DNA of 64,000 nt from Reclinomonas americana ATCC 50394 (Eukaryota), in the NCBI GenBank assembly GCA_048213135.1, contig PS015061.1, positions 240,628-304,627 on the forward strand, written 5' to 3'. Both the position numbers and the translations under genes were made by a program. Each line of letters opens with the position of its first letter. Position 1 is the stretch's first letter. Below, piece after piece: positions 1 to 13,326 of the stretch. Below the pieces are notes generated by a model. That model saw nothing but the letters and a program-made list of their open reading frames with translations. It ran no database searches and had not been told where the DNA came from.

Positions 1-61
1 TCTTCTTGTTCAATGCGTGTTTCTACGTGTGGGTGTGGGGTCATCAAGCCCAAGGAGGGGC

Positions 62-3000
62 TTACTCGGTCGCCTCGGAGAGGGCGCTGGCGCTGGCACT
101 CGGCACACCGCCGTCGCTCTTGCTGGCGTCCTGCAAATTATCAAAGCTGCTGGCGCGCCCACGCACTCGTTTCGGTGGTGTAAAGACCACGTCCTTGAGC
201 GAGTCCACAGCCTGGAGGAGGGGAGATTTAGCGGCGATCGCTCATCGTTCATCTATCCCGAGACTGGCGAAGAAGTTACCTTGTCGGCAATGCGACGGGC
301 AGCCTGTCGCCACCCAGCACCATCGACGGCTGCCGCGCACAAGAGTGAGAAACAGGGTGCGAACTACGCAGCAAAACCAACAAACAAAAAAATGCACACC
401 AGCTTGCTTCAGTCGCTTCCAGTTGTCTACCAACACGTCGAGCTTGAGCTTCTCCTCGATGAGGTTCTTCTTCTCTTTGAAGAACTGCTTCACCGGTCTG
501 ATGGTCTTGGTGTCCTGCAGCTTTCTCATCTGTGCGCAGCGGAAATGATGAACACTTTGCTGCCATTCCGTTTTCTTGCACCCGGCGGCACGCAACATTT
601 CTCTTCAACATCATGGCAATGCCACCGTCACGGCGCAACTCGTCTTGATAGATGCGATGCATGTGCGGACTGGTGATGATGAATGCCAAGTGAGTCAACA
701 ACGCACACGATGTGATGATGACATCGCATTGACTGGCCACGAAACGTTTCCACGACGCGATTGAACACGAGATGGCAGAAGTGGGCGAACAGAGCCATGA
801 AAAACACCGACCAACTGTTGGCCAACAGCGCAATCCCGTAGTAGCCGGAGAGTCCATACAGCGAGTCGGGATGGTTGAGATATCTACGACATAGGAGGAA
901 GGAGGGTGGCATGTTTCTTGAGTTGACGCGACAAACGGCAAGTGACGGCATCGGAGGCGACTCGAACCGGTAGATTCCCGTGTAGATGAGCTTCGGTGGC
1001 AACTCGGTGACAAAAAAGTCGCCATAGTACCTGCGTGGTGCAGCATGCGCCTTTTAGATTCCCTCGAGCACCACCTTCCTCTCTCTTCTCTGTCTTCTCT
1101 CACACACACCATCCAAACAGGCCGAGTGATTTGAGTGCCGACACGGAGCCCCACATATTGACGCCACACAGCAGCTGCATCAAAAAAAGCGCCGCAGTGA
1201 GGGAGTGTACGCACGCGCGCGTCAAACAATGATGGCAGCACACACAGCGCACCAAGCCAGCCAGAGCCTTCCACATGTAGCGCTGGTCCAGAATGTTGGC
1301 CGGGAACTCGGCATACGCCCAGGCGGCCACCACGAAAGAGATGCCGTTCATCGTAAAGGCAATGTTGTAGAGCATCTTCCACGTCTCGAAGGCGTCGCGA
1401 TTCGTCTTGCCCTCGGCTATGAAGCGCTTTGTCCACATGCGCTCCTTGCCCTGGTAGTACAACAGGAAGCCGAGTCCCAGTCCCGAGAACATGCGCCAAA
1501 ACACAAAGTTGCTGTGCGTTGCGCCAGAGTGAGCGCACAGCAGCAAAAGACACATAGTGGTGTGCCAGACGCAACGATAGCAGGAACCACTGCTGCACGG
1601 CCAGGGCACACAGCAGGAGATTGTAGGCCACCACAAACACCAGGCACAGGTCAGAGACTCGGGAGAGCGACAGGTTGAAGAGGAAGATGGACTCGCGCGG
1701 CGACGAAAAGTAGCCGTGTTGCGGATGATAGAGGATGCGCTCACGCTCCGACTCGACCTGCTGGTTGTCGGCGCCCATGGAACCATAAATCTTGTCCATG
1801 TCTGCTCTCATGCACACAGATAAGTGCGTGCTCTCCCAGAGAGTGGGGAACAGAAGACGAGCAAGCAACGCAACGAGGCTCCTCGACCACCATGAGGAAC
1901 ACAAAGTGGCAAAAGTGCACAAAGACGCCGACGTAGAACGGTTCGTACGACAGCGCAAAGAGTGGAGCGCCGTACACAAAGGCGTAGCTGAGGGGCACCA
2001 GCAGTGAGAATGGATGCCACTGTGGAATCTTATCAAACGCTGAGCCTCTCACACGCACCCGACAGTGTACATGGGGTGCGGGAACATTTGGAAGATGCCG
2101 TCGAAAATCAGCTCCTGGTCAATCTTGAAGAAGAAATCGCCCCAGTCTGCCGGAACGCACGCAGAATGAGCAAAACACGCACACAGATTACCTCCCCAAC
2201 ACCGCACACACTACGCAACACCAGGCAAAATCGCCGAGCACACGGTGCGCGTCGGTCTTGGCCCAGATACTGAGGACGCCGAGTGACAAACCCGACAACA
2301 TGATGCCAATGTCGCTGAGCGTCCACTCAGAGGCGGCCCAGCAGATGAACAGGATGCGGAAGACGTAGCAGGCGTACGACACAAAGTCCAGCACCAGCAC
2401 CAGATCCACAATGTAGCGGTAGGCCATCCAGGCGTTGAACTCGAGCGGATACGTGTCGAGCGTGACGGGAAATCCAAGCGATTTCGACAGCCACGACTCG
2501 AACGACGCACGGAACCGCGGCAAGCGTCGAGTGGCGGCATCAAACCACCGCTGAAACGCAAACGAGTTGGACTGGGCGTGCAAAATGTACCCAATGCCAG
2601 CATCGTACGCCAGCCGCCAGAAAATCGTCGAAATCAGAAACACCTGGGACGGCAAGCAACAACAACACAAAACAAACAAACAAACACGGAAAATATAAGC
2701 TGACTGACCAACACTGGTGATTGCTCCGACATGGATCGACTGTGACACTTGGCAACGACAATTCTTCACACAGCGCTCTCTCTCTCTCTCTGTACACGCG
2801 TGTACTGGGGACACACACACACACACACTCACCCACGACGGAGTCCGCGTGAAGAGCAGCGCAAACACATGACCGAGGGCCAACGCCACTGACAAGCCAA
2901 GCACCGGCGTCCATCGCGATGGCGAAAAGAGCGAGCTCATCACACTCGACGTCTTTGGCACACAGAACTCTGCGCGTAGGACCAACGGAGTTGAGACGTC

Positions 3001-3349
3001 CCGAGAGAACGAAAGGAAGACGAGTCATGTCCACACACACAGACAGACCAACACCACCAAAGGTGACGCCCACTGGCCGCGGCTCATCCGGTGCCTGTGG
3101 CGGCGGCTTTGGTGGAGCGAGCTTCTTACTGGGCACAACCATGACATTGTTGTTGCTGTCATCATCGTCTCCCACGTCGTCTTCGGCTTCGCCATGGCCG
3201 CCATGGTCGGCATGACTGGTCATCATCATGAGCGCGTGTGTGCTCTCGCAGCGACGAGGCGGAGCAGCTGCTGTTGTCTTGCCTGCTCCCGCAGCAGCAG
3301 CTGCCGGAGTGCGTCGCCGACGCGGTGGCGTGGTTGGCGCGGACGACAT
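62..3349 (-). CDS. CHO2: Phosphatidylethanolamine N-methyltransferase, fungal CHO2-type (two PEMT halves); about 13 exons
   Basis: Spliced motifs [64 protein letters not shown] and VVEEPHMDKIY. The second half has [19 protein letters not shown] and VVETPHM. Twelve GT-AG introns keep the frame to TAA at 62-64. Confidence 0.88.
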
Positions 3350-3527
3350 TACTTTTCTCGGGATCCCTCAAAGACAATAAGGGAGCGAGCACCTCCCGTC
3401 TGTCTCCAAATGTCCATTTGCACTTCGACGACGACAAGTGAGCGTCAGCTGTGTGTCTTCTTGGCACTCATTTTGTTCACTCGTCCTCCTCCCCCACGCA
3501 GCGCGTGAGAGTGTATCGCACACAAAC

Positions 3528-6500
3528 ATGCTCCGTGTGCTGTGCCCAGTTGCGTTTGCATGTGCGCGTGTGTGTGTGTGCGCGTGTGTGTGCATTTGAC
3601 AGTGCTGCGTGTGTAGGATGGAGAACAACTGGAGCTGGATGTTGCACCGCAGGCGGTGCTGGTGCGGAGGCTATTGGAGAAGTTCGGATCGACAAAGTTG
3701 GCGGGAGTGCCGCCGGAAGCCATCTCTGTGCATGTGTGTTTGCGTCTGTGCTCTCTGTTGTGTGTGTGCATTCGATCGTGGCTGATGCATGTGCATGTGT
3801 GTGTGTGTGTGTGTGTGCGTTGCAGCTTGTCGACGACTTGAGTCAGCCTCTGGATGAGGAGACGGCTCGTGTGTTGTTTGCTCAGTTGCCGGAGACTGGC
3901 CAGCGACGACTCGACTGCTGTGTGCAGTTTGACGAGAGCAAGGCATTACCTGCAGGCGAGTACGTGTCGATGTCCCATCGATTGCACGTTGCACTCACAT
4001 CCAACAGGCGTCGTTCGTCAATGGTCGCGGGAGGTCGTGTCGCACGACTATTTCGTGATCCAGCCGCCAGATACGAGTATGATGGGTACGTTGGGCGTGT
4101 GGCATCGACTGCTGCTGGTGAGCTCGTCTCACTCGGGAAGTCTGACACAGGCTCGGGTGTGCTGAAGTATGATCCGGTGTTGGTGTCGTGTGAGTTCATC
4201 GACAACTCGATCGAGCACATCACAGTCGGGGAGCACGCGCGCGGAGAAGGACGTGTGTTACTGACGTGGAATGTGGAGGATGAGGTGCGATGGCATGTGC
4301 CGCTGTGCACTGCGGCGCTGGTTGTTGTTGTTGATGATGAAGGGTGATGGATGTAGGATGCGTCAGTGTCCATTCGTGACAACGGGTGTGGCATGGACAG
4401 TCGCAGCATGGCTACGTTTTTCCGCCTCGCCTATTCGGCTGCGCTGAACTCGCGTGGCGGCGAGTTCGGCAGCCACTCGCGTTTTCTGTTCATCTCCTCG
4501 ATGTATTCGATGTATGGTGTCGGTGCCAAGGTTTGTGCAGAACGTGTTATATGTTGTGCGCTGCAACATGCGAATGACCATTGGTAACGCAGTTTGCCGC
4601 CACCGAGATCGGTGAGCGACTTGCGATGCAGTCGTCACGCGGTGGTGGCATTGCATGCACCGGTGTCGTCGACAAGCAGCTGCTGCACGAATCCGGCACG
4701 TGGCAGTTCAAGGTGCAATACACGAGCACTGAGCGGCTCGAGTCCTACACCGAGGCCACCATCAGTCAGTTGACAAAGAATGCTGTCGAATCCATGAGGC
4801 ACTACGTCGACGAGGACAACCGTAAGCTGTGCGAAACCATCGCGCACATTTACTATCCGCTGGTATGCACTCTTCGCCCATGTCATTGCATTCCGTGCGA
4901 TGAAATTATAACTTTGCAGCGGTGCAGATCTTTTCCTGGTCGCGACTGATTCCTGTCAACAAGGTGGCCAGGCTCGAGGACCTTGCGCAGTTGCACGCTG
5001 TCATCTTCAGCTTCTTTCCCGACCTCCCACCTGCCAGTGTGTTTGCGACTGAGGACGGTGTGGACGGTGGTGAAGGTGAGTTTGCGCGTACCACAGGTTT
5101 TCTTATTGTTTGTGTGATTGTCACACACACTTGAGCAGCGGCTCGATCCTCCGATCGAGAGGGATCGGCAGAAGTTTCTCGTAGCACCCGTGCTCGGAAG
5201 GATGACGGTGCGGAGGATTCCAGGAAAATGCTGCTGCTGCGTCAGATGCCAGCAGTGGTGACAGTTGCGTTTCGCGCAGTGTGTGCTTCAGGACGATGCG
5301 AACTCACAGCCTCTCTTTGCTTGTGAATTCAGCAACAAGAGCAAAATCTCTCGTTTGCAATCAACCGTTACCTGCTAAGAGAGGTCGATGCCGTGCAGCC
5401 TCTGTACGACACGCTGCTGTTCACGCGTGCCGCCTCTGTCAAGTGCTTCCGCATGTGTATACGTGACGGTGACAAAACGGCTCATTTGGTGGTTAGTAGT
5501 AGCACGTTTGGTAGCTGCTTGTCGCAGTAACTTACCGCCCTTGGAATGTGCGCGTGCAGGTTGTCCTCGGCTATTTCCCCATCACACTCGGGCAGGAGAC
5601 GATGCCCGAACATCCTTTCACCGGCAGAGCCGAGTGTGGTGTCGACATTCGCTGGATGGGTCGCTTGCTGTGCGGAGAGCGCTGTTTGCAGCTTCCGTGG
5701 ATCTTTCCGCGACGCAAGCTGTCGCAGCGCTTGCTGAATCGCGTTCGTGGCACGCTGTATCTGGTGCGTCTTGTCTTGCAATGTGCAGCAAGCAGCGCGT
5801 TTGTGACTTGTATAACTTGTGCTTTGCTGATTGCAGGACGAGAATTTCGCCCCGCAACAAAACAAGAATCTGCTCGACCCGGTCTCCAAGTTTACCACGG
5901 CACTGAAGGACGGCAACCTCTGTGATATGCCGCTGCGCATCTTCAACTTGAGGATGGTGGACGAAGTTGCCCCGCAGCTCGGCAAGGTACATGAATCGAG
6001 CATCACGGCGAAGGAGCTGACAGAGCAAATCTTGGACTGGGTTGAGTACGCGAGCCAGTCGTTCGACATGGATGTTGCGTGCGGTACCCCACGATGTCAT
6101 GGTTGCCTCATTTTGCGCTCATTCTCCTGTTATTGTGGGCAGATTACTCTCCACAAGGATGACTATATTGTTGGCAATGGAGAGATGCTACTCTATCGAG
6201 CCGCCACCGTGTATGGCAAGAGATTCCACCAGTTCGAGTACATCCACTGGGAGGAAAACAGCTACTTCATGATCGCCTACTTTGTGGAGAAGAACTGGGA
6301 TATACAAATTCTCGGTGATGAGCCCAACGACTGCTTGCGTGAGTTCGCTCCGGAATCTGTTGGGTTTGCTGTTGGGGGGAACCATTCACATTGTGTTGTT
6401 TTCGTGTTGCAGGTGTCGCGTTGTTGCCCGTCAACAGTCCACAGCAAGTGGAAGCGCTCAGTAAGGAGAAGACTCCGCCGCACCAGTGGGCGGCGAGCAC

Positions 6501-9500
6501 GTTGCAGATTCTGCCGGTCCGCGTCGTGTTTGGCGACTTGCGTAGTGGCGTTCAAGCGAGAATCGACAAGTTTGGACCTTTCCTCCGCAATGTCGTGACG
6601 CGAAAACTGTTGCGTCTTGTCCTTGCACAACCGTCATGCTGTCTGTGCTGCATGTTCATCTCTGCTTGCAGCCAAGCAATGTTGGAAAAGGCGCCTGTAC
6701 GACACGCAAGCTTGGTCTGTGATGAGAAATTCTGGGAGGCGTGTCGCTTGGCAGTGGCCGATCAGGACGATGTTCCAAAAGAGGACGACGCGGTGAGCAG
6801 CATAGTCACAGCGCCTCTGCGTTAGCAGTTACTTACAGTGATGTGGTGGTTGCAATCGTGCAGGAGCTGGAGGCCAGCGGTGTTCGCGAGCTCGCAACAA
6901 GCACTGAACTCGTGCGCCCCGTCGGATTCAGAGTGCCGTGGGACTGGATGCGGATCATCGCTGTTTCACGTGCTGGCAAGGTTTGTACGTTTGTGCCGTC
7001 CGTGGAGTCGCTCTCTGTCGCTAAAGCAAGCGGCTGCTAGGCTTGTCCCGATGCCAAGTTCAACGCCGAATTCAAGATGTACCTGACAGAAGCTGGCGAG
7101 CACGAGCGAAAAGTTGTGTTTCGTGATGATTGTCCATTGAATCCCCGTCACTGACGTGGTGATTCGACAGGTATTCTACGAGAGAACGAACCAGAAGCTG
7201 AAAACGTACAAGTTTGCCGATTTCTCGGTCACCAACATGAAGTTGGAGAAGGTCGGCAGATACGATTTCGAGTTTTCCAGCAAGGATCTTGATCCGTTCT
7301 GCTTTAGCGTGACAACTGAGCCTGGTGAGTTTGTCGAGTCACGACAGTGCAATCTCGCGCGACGCCACCATTCTCACTCCACGCACTAGGAAACCTCTGC
7401 AAGTTGCTTGTCAGTGGCGGCAACGTGGAAGTCGGTCAGAGTACGACCTTTGTTGTGCACGGAATCGACTCGGAAGACATTCCTGTCCGCATCCGTGAGA
7501 CCGACATTTTGTCACTGGAACTCCAGTCTCATCTGGTTGGTGGCTACGCCACAATGCATTGTGTGCCTTCTCTGAACGTTCTCACCCTGCCGCGCAGCGT
7601 CGCAAGATTGAGTTCTCGTACACCATAAACGTGGGCGAGGATACGTTGCCCCTCGGTGCCAAGGTGTCGGTGAAGGGGCGACCGAAGTTGCCGTCGCTCC
7701 GCATTCTGTTGACACCAACTGGGCGCTTTGTTGGCGATGACCAGCGTTTCGTCCTCATGCTGCTGCGTGTTGTGACGCAGGCAGGCTGTGCTTTCTTACA
7801 AACATCGTAACGTGCAGCGTCGTCGGATGTGCTCGGCAAAGCAACACTGTTTATCCGCTATGGTGAGAATCGAAAGGAGAAAGTCGGCTTTGAGCTCAGA
7901 CAAGGTTTTTGACGCCGGTGGTTGTCACTTTTCTCTTCTTTGGTATGCTGACGTGCTCCGCGTGACACAAGGTCCTCCTGCTCGTGTGGTGCTGTCTGTG
8001 GACTCGGTCACCGTCTACGACGGTGCGCAGCCGGACGACGACATCAGTGCAGAGGTTGCTGCATTGACTTGCTGCCGACATGTTGTTGCAGTCCACTGAC
8101 TGTGTACATGCAGGTTCTCGATGCGGCAGGCACACGTGTCGTCACGCAGCCCGTACAGCTCACGCTGCACGCCGTTGGTGGCCGTCGCGTTCTAATCGCC
8201 CCGAATGTAACCGTAGATACAGATGACGGCTACTGTGCCAGCCTGCAGCAGCACGTGACAGTTTTGTGGCGATGACCTTCTCCTGCGATGTGTGTGCGTG
8301 TACTATGATTCTAATTACACAAACAACAGCTACACCCGGATTTCTGGGGCACAGCTGTGATTCGTGTGCAAGTCGCTGGCCGCGCGGACATCGCAGCCGA
8401 CCTGACTGTCCGTCGGCTACAATCCTCATTGGTCGTGGAGCCGTGTGAGGCACTGGAGCCACTGCCCCGTGGGGAAGCCAAGTCGCGCCACCCCCTGAAG
8501 TTGTGGGGCGTGTCAGGTTCGGAGATCGAGTGCACCATGCGGCGATGTGCTGAGGACGGGACTCTGTTGCTGTCAAAAGTGTTGTACTATTCAACAGCAG
8601 TCATTCCTGCGTGCTATGCTGCTGACTTTTGTGTCTGTGGCACGCAGTTCAGCGTCAAACTTCCTGGCGTGCGAGGAACGACTGCGAGTGATGATGACGG
8701 CATCTGCCGTGTGCACGTACGGCTGCCGAAAGAGGCTCGCAAACGTGTCGCCACAGATGTTAGTTTCAAAACTGTTCGCTGACATTGTCATCTCTGCAGC
8801 TTGGTGCCGCCACGATTCCAGTAACGCTGCGGTTTTCCGACTCGTCGACGAGGGAGGAAGAGGTGCCTGTGCTGTGCTTTGTCGGTCAGCCGACAAAAAT
8901 CGCCAGCATCACGATTCCCCAAGATGTGCACATTGGTTGCCCGTTCGACGTGGCTCTGCGAGTCACCGACGAACACAACAACGACATCCCCGCGGCAAAA
9001 TTGACGCGCAACGCTGTGCGTCTCGAGTTTGTCGATGCCGGCGAAGTCAGAGTGTCGCCGAATCGACAAGTCAATGCCTTCGATCAGCTCTTCTTTACCT
9101 GTGAGATTCAGCGCATGGAACTGGATGGTGCTTTGCGTCGGCGAGCCGCCTGTGTTGCTTATCTCGAGCCAGCCGTGCGTTCCGCGAGTTCTGCTTGTTT
9201 TTGCGTTGCATTCTCTGATGTCTCGGTGCGCTCTGCAGGCCCGAGGAGGCGCCGGTTCTGCTGAGATTCGTGAGAGTCGCGATTTTTGCGTGGTGGCAGG
9301 TTTGTGCCTGTTAGTGCCTGTCGAATCCCACCACTGCAGCACTGCAGTCCTAACTCTTCATAATGCAGGGAAACCTAGTGTCATCAAAATCGAGCTGCTC
9401 GGCGGTGGCCGTGCCGAGGTTTGTGATGGGATCTCAGCAAGTGAGACCATTATGGATGCCTGACTTGCGGTTGTGTCGCACAGGAGGAGCAACCGGCAGT

Positions 9501-12500
9501 GACTAACGATCCAGTCGAGCTGTATGCAGAAGGTGGGCGACCGTGGACACAAGAGATTCGCATTGCTGTCGTGGACCAGTCGAACAATACGACGATTGCG
9601 AACAGTGGGGGTGCGTCCATATTGTCAAGGATTACGTTTGCTTTGATTCGCACACGCTGCTTATTCGTGCGTATGGTTGCAGTTGTGTTTCTTCTTGGCG
9701 ACGGCTCAGTGGCGCCGAAAGCTACTCGCTCCGGTGGTGCAGCCGCTGCCAGTGTCGTGCATGAGGACAAGACATTCAAGAAGCGTCATTTCTCCATCAC
9801 GGGTGAGTTGGCTCACGAGCTCCGTCACTCACTGATGAAGATGCTGAAAGCGGAGTGGACACTGTGCAGAGCATCAGCCGTTCGCTGACGTGACGTTGGC
9901 CTACCCGAAGATGGATCGCCCCCGCACTTTTGTTATTCGCTGTGGCGACTGTGAACGCAAGGTGCGTGCGTCGGAGTCGACTTGATGATCCGTGTGTGTT
10001 GTCTTGACACTCTTGCTTGATATGCAGATTGTTGTGCATCGAAGCCGATCACATGATCCACACAGCCTGCTTGTGAGCGTCTTGGGAATGCAGCCGTTGT
10101 TTGCTGGCCACGTGTTCCCACGCTGCAAAGTCGTCGTGTGCGATGAGGATGGCAATCCGCATCCCGAATCGTCCGCTTTTGCCCCGCACTTGTCGTGCGA
10201 CGTAGCCGAGCTCACTGCGCCGACAGAGGACGACGCTCCGCCGTGGACAAGGGCGTTTGACCGGGAGGAGAATGGTGCGTGTCGAATTCCCGCTGTGATG
10301 CTGCTGTTTACGCTTGTTGATTGTCAGCGTGAGTGCAGCATGGTTCTTCGAGTTTCAACGACCCATCAGTCGTGTGACGCGCCGGAGCGTTGATGTCACT
10401 TTCCTGTTGCCCGAATTTGGTGAGGCGCGCTCACGTGTCAGCGTTTCGCTGTTGTCGGGTGAGTACGTCGCCGTGCATGTGTGTGTGTGTGTCCCTTTGC
10501 AAGTGTTGATCGAGATTGTTGTCCGTGGTAGGTGCGCCGCACGCCCTGGTAGTCGTTGATGCAGCGAAAAGGTGAGTGATGCAAGTCAGTGTGTTGTGTC
10601 GGAAGCGCATTCTCATCCGCGAGCAAGCAGACACATGGCACACGTTCAGTGCCACCTGAGCGATGCCGGCGGTCACAGTCGCGTCAGGTGCATCGTTGTC
10701 GACAAGTTCGACAATCCTACGATGCTCAATCATCCCGAGTTGCGCGTCACATGTCTGCAGCAAGTCCACCGATGATCATGGCATTAATAATGCTTGTCAC
10801 GGGCAGGCTGCCGGCACAGATTGGCGACGTGCAGGCTCGTTTCGTCAACCCACCACACGAAGACCACCAGTGCAGCAACATCGATATCGACGCACGTACA
10901 AACCCCTCGATCGTTGCCTTCGACTTTAATATGCAAAACGAGCGTGCAGTCACTCTGCCAGGCCACTTTGCAGTCGACTTTGTTCTTGAAGGAGCGGAGG
11001 AACCATTGTCGCTGCAGACTTCCGAGGTGACGGTGTTTGTGCCTGGAGGTGAGAGACAGTTTCACTGCATTGATACGCAGTCGTAGTTTCTCACCTATCC
11101 TCTCGCGCAGCGGCTGATGCCGCCGAAGAGAATCAACGAAAAGCTCTGCGCGAACACGTCCTGGCGCAGCGGAAGATCGCCAAACAAAGTCTCGGCGTGC
11201 TCCAGAGCACAGTCAAGGCATGCCGTGTGTTTTTGCCATGTCCGTTCTGCAAAGATGTCGTGCCTGACCCTGCAAGCCTTGATGCAGACTCACCGTGCAT
11301 GGCTGACGACCAATCTTGCGTCCATGAACCTGACTCTCGACGAGGTGGAGCGGCGCGTTCGAGAGAACAGTCCACTGCCTGTCCTCGATGTGACGCGCTT
11401 CTCGTTCTCGTCACAGCACGATCGCGCACAGCAACTGGTTTGTCCGATCGCAGACTGCTACATGAGGCTTGGCACATTCATTGCTGGTGTTTGCAGGATA
11501 TGAGTAGAGTTCTCGGACAAGTAACACGCGAAAGAGACGGCGTCCTTGGTGTTCTTGGAATGGTACCGGTCATACACATCGCGATGTTCACATATTGTGT
11601 CCTGCTGACGGAATTGTTACATGTGCGGCAGATGGCGCAGGTGGTGGATTCGCGAACGAACTGGGCCATCTCCAGTCTCTTGCAGAATGTGATACGTGCC
11701 TTGGTGCTCGAGCGGGCGGACAATGTTGATGAACTGCGCCGTCGATTCCGGGATGAGGTAAAACGAGTAGCTCTTTGCATTTGCTTCTTCTTTCGCCGAC
11801 CGCGCTCACCAACACCCGTGTCATAAGGACGTGGCTTTTATCAAGCTCGGATCCCTTCAGCTTGAGCTTGACGGCTTGTTGCGTGACGACTGCATGACTG
11901 TGGACGGGGCTGTCAGGTTCCGATGGGAGCCACAAAAGAGGAGTTGTGTTCGTCTGGCCTACCAGTGCTACTGGCATCGTCTCACAATGTGGCCGCAGAG
12001 TTTTACCCGAGTAAGGATGGCTCAATTCGGCCGACAGTTGACGGCGTTCCTGACGGCGTGATGCACAAGTGCTCATTTGCCATCAACCAGTTGGTGTACC
12101 GGTTTGATCCCGCACTGCCGGCGAACAAGCGGTTCATCAAGGTGTGGCACACGCGAGAGATGCCTGTTGTTCTTCTCATGCAACCAACTTTGACTGTGAC
12201 TTCAGGTGTTCTACAAATTCTTGTCGAGCACCATGTTGTGGGAAACCATGGATGACTTGCGCGAATTTGAGCGCCGAGTGCGAAGCATCCCAGCCACGTG
12301 CGTGAATTCTTTGACGCACAGCTCTTGGCACATGTGGCTTACCGTCTGGATAACACAGCATGGTTGCCCTCCGGCAACCGGAAGTGGACGTGCCATATGT
12401 TGTGAAGACAGACGGACTTGAGTACTCGAAGCAGCGCACGCCTGCTGTCAACAATGGCACATTCAGACTGCTGCAAGTGACGGCAGAAGATGTCCTCCCG

Positions 12501-13180
12501 CTGGCCTCCCCGCCGGGATCGGGACAACTCAAGCGCTTGCTTCATGCCAGCCGTGCGGGAATGGAGCTGCTTATTCAAGCCAACAGAGTGCGTGTGACTG
12601 GCACGAATTCAATGCTGTCATCTCGCTGTCGCACTCATTACCATTACTCTCCTGGTGTGCGCACGTAGCTGGCACTGTATGAAAGAGTAGTGGAGATGAC
12701 AAAAGAATACCTTGGAGCGCTGGAGCAGCTGCAACAAAGAGAAGTGCGTGAGTGGTCGGACGTGCAGCGCAGCAAGGTGGTTTGTTGACGCGATTGTGTT
12801 TGCAGGCCGAACTGAGAGAAGCCGATGAGCGGCTCCGAGTGATCCACAGTGAACAGGCCGATGCGTTGGTTGTCGCCGCTGGCGACCGTGATGACGGTGC
12901 CGGTGCTGCCTCCGGCTCGGCTTCAGGATCAGCCATCGGGTCTCCGTCTTCCGGCAGTCGGCCACTCATGACGTCCGCCCGACATCGTCGCCCGCCGACC
13001 GCTCTTCCTGGCGATGAAGACGTTGAGGATGAAGGCGAGGGCGAAGACAATGGCGGTCCCTCCTCATCGAATGGCGGCAGTTCCAGCTCACGTCGTATGG
13101 TTTCTGGGCGTCGACTTGCCAGTGCTCCTGCTGCTGGTTCGTGTTGCAATCATTTGCACCGTGGGTCGCAAGCAACATAG
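3528..13180 (+). CDS. SMCHD1: SMCHD1/GMI1-like protein: GHKL ATPase, long beta-rich linker, SMC hinge with coiled coils; about 40 exons
   Basis: GHKL motifs CEFIDNSIEH, IRDNGCGM and YSMYGVGAK. Transducer-like AHIYYP, YFPITLGQETMP, IRWMGRLL and NRVRGTLYLDENFAPQQNK. Hinge-like DGVLGVLGMMAQVVD..WAISSLL, FAINQLVY and VFYKFLSSTMLWETMDDLREF..VKTDG. Some internal exon boundaries are ambiguous. Confidence 0.8.
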
Positions 13181-13326
13181 TATCTCTTCTTGACAATCCT
13201 CACAGATCAACCACCGCTGAAGAAACCAAGACGCTGATAATGTTTGGAGTAATAAAGTGTGAAGTACGTAGAGGTGTCCTCAAGTCCTTCTTCTTCCGTC
13301 ACTCTGTCGCCATCAAAGCGACAAGG

